Source: the human T2T-CHM13v2.0 reference genome, Homo sapiens. Taken from it: a stretch of 64,000 bases of DNA. The stretch lies in assembly GCF_009914755.1 (NCBI RefSeq), contig NC_060926.1. The stretch is one strand, 5' to 3'. The notes beneath the pieces are model-generated. The model was not told the DNA's origin. It saw only the letters and a program-made list of their open reading frames with translations, and ran no database searches. Position numbers and translations under genes: made by a program. Positions 62,790 through 64,000 of this stretch are shown here, one piece after another (the stretch's first letter is position 1; every line of letters begins with the position of its first letter).

Positions 62790-63340
62790 TCTGTTATAAT
62801 AGCTATCCACTGCTGCATCACAAATTACCCAAAAAGTAAAGGGAAACAACGTTTATTATCTCAGTTTCTGCGGGTCAAAAATCTCATCAAAAAAGCAGCA
62901 GTATCTTCTCTCATAAGGTTCCAGTAAACGTGCTGATTGGATTTGGAGATCATCTCAAGGCTCTGCTTGGAGAAGGATTTACTTCCAAGTCTACTTACAT
63001 GGCTGTTGGAAAGACTCAATTTTTCACAGACTGTTAGACTGATGGCCTGAGTTCTTCACTGACTGTTGGCCAGAGGTCTTCAGCTCCTTGACATGTGGAC
63101 CCCATGACAGCTTGCTTTATCACAACAAGCAGGCCAGAAGAACCACAGAGAAGAAGAGACATGGAAGTCAAATGTTTTATATCCAAATCTTGGAAGTGAC
63201 ACGCCATGGCGTTTGCCATATTCTATTTATTAGAAAAGAGTTGCTAGGTTGAACCCATCCTCATAGGGAGGAGATTACACAAGGATGTGAATGAATACCA
63301 GGAGGTGAGGATCACTGGAAGCCATGAAAGAGGATACCTA
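62790..63340 (-). mobile_element. MLT1 (F-like) solo LTR
   Basis: Antisense MaLR motifs (gctgcatcacaaattaccc; ttctgcgggtca; ggaagtgacac; cacaaggatgtgaat..accaggagg). Confidence 0.7.
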
Positions 63341-63562
63341 TTGCATCTGTCAGCAAGAAAATGGATTTTAAAAGTGTAATATTTTTATACAATGGAATCA
63401 GTTTTAAAAAAAAAAAAAAGCCACCAATACCCACAGCAACATAGATTAACCTCAAAAAATTTTACTCAATTATGTTGAGCAAAATATGAATTTCCAAAAC
63501 AGGCAAAATTAATCTGCAATAACAGAAATCGGAACATTGCTTAACTCTGAGGGTTTGAAAGA

Positions 63563-63820
63563 TGTCTTAATTTGTTTGTACTGTTGTAATAGAATACCGC
63601 AGACTGAGTAATTTATAATGAACAGAAACTTATTGGCTCACAGTTCTGGGGGCTCAGAAGTCCAATATCAAGGTGCCAACATCTGGCAAGGACCTTCTTG
63701 CTGCATCATCACATGACGGAAGAGCAAAAGGGCAAGAGAGGGAGAGAGTGCAAGACAGCATCAATCCATTCGTGTCTTAATCACCTCTTAAAGGTCCCAC
63801 TTCTTAATACTGTTACAAGA
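63563..63820 (-). mobile_element. MST-type MaLR LTR fragment
   Basis: tgtcttaatttgtttg...aatttataatgaacagaaacttattggctcacagttctgg. Confidence 0.7.
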
Positions 63821-63827
63821 GCAGGTA

Positions 63828-64000
63828 CTTTTTTCTTTTTTGAGACAGAGTCTCACACTGTCACCTGGGCTGGTGTACAGTGGCACCATCTCGGCTCACT
63901 GCAATCTCCACCTCGTGGATTCATGTGATTCTTGGGCCTCAGCCTCCTGAGTAGCCATAATTACAGGCATGCGCCACCATGCCCAGCTAATTTTTTGTAT
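63828..64000 (-). mobile_element. Alu (runs off window end)
   Basis: Poly-T then antisense right arm. Confidence 0.85.

Overview
Mammalian (almost certainly human or great-ape) genomic DNA. It contains the complete NMI gene (N-myc and STAT interactor) on the minus strand: a non-coding exon 1 in a CpG island (~27.1-27.6 kb), seven coding exons (20698 to 8436; 924 nt = 307 aa + stop; all splice sites GT-AG) and a poly(A) signal at 8227-8232. The promoter carries a perfect GAS element, an ISRE/IRF element and kB-like sites, consistent with an interferon-stimulated gene. This allele encodes Leu at codon 16 (I recall Ser in the canonical protein). The rest of the window is repeat-dense: about 30 Alus, MIR/L2/L1M fragments, an old two-LTR MLT1J-type element, several solo LTRs including an LTR12C, and a two-LTR HERV-H provirus (46834-52994) nested in the 5' UTR of a near full-length L1PB (46575-60222). 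I found no convincing new protein-coding system; most ORF-track entries are Alu/LTR/L1 artefacts. The best leads are: a template-switch double palindrome unique to the HERV-H 5' LTR, its Phe-type primer-binding site, a run of same-orientation retro-promoters diverging from NMI, the two-exon modular repeat architecture of NMI, dense inverted Alus around the NMI exons, and several unusual Alu junctions. Repeat subfamily names come from memory of consensus sequences, not from a RepeatMasker run.
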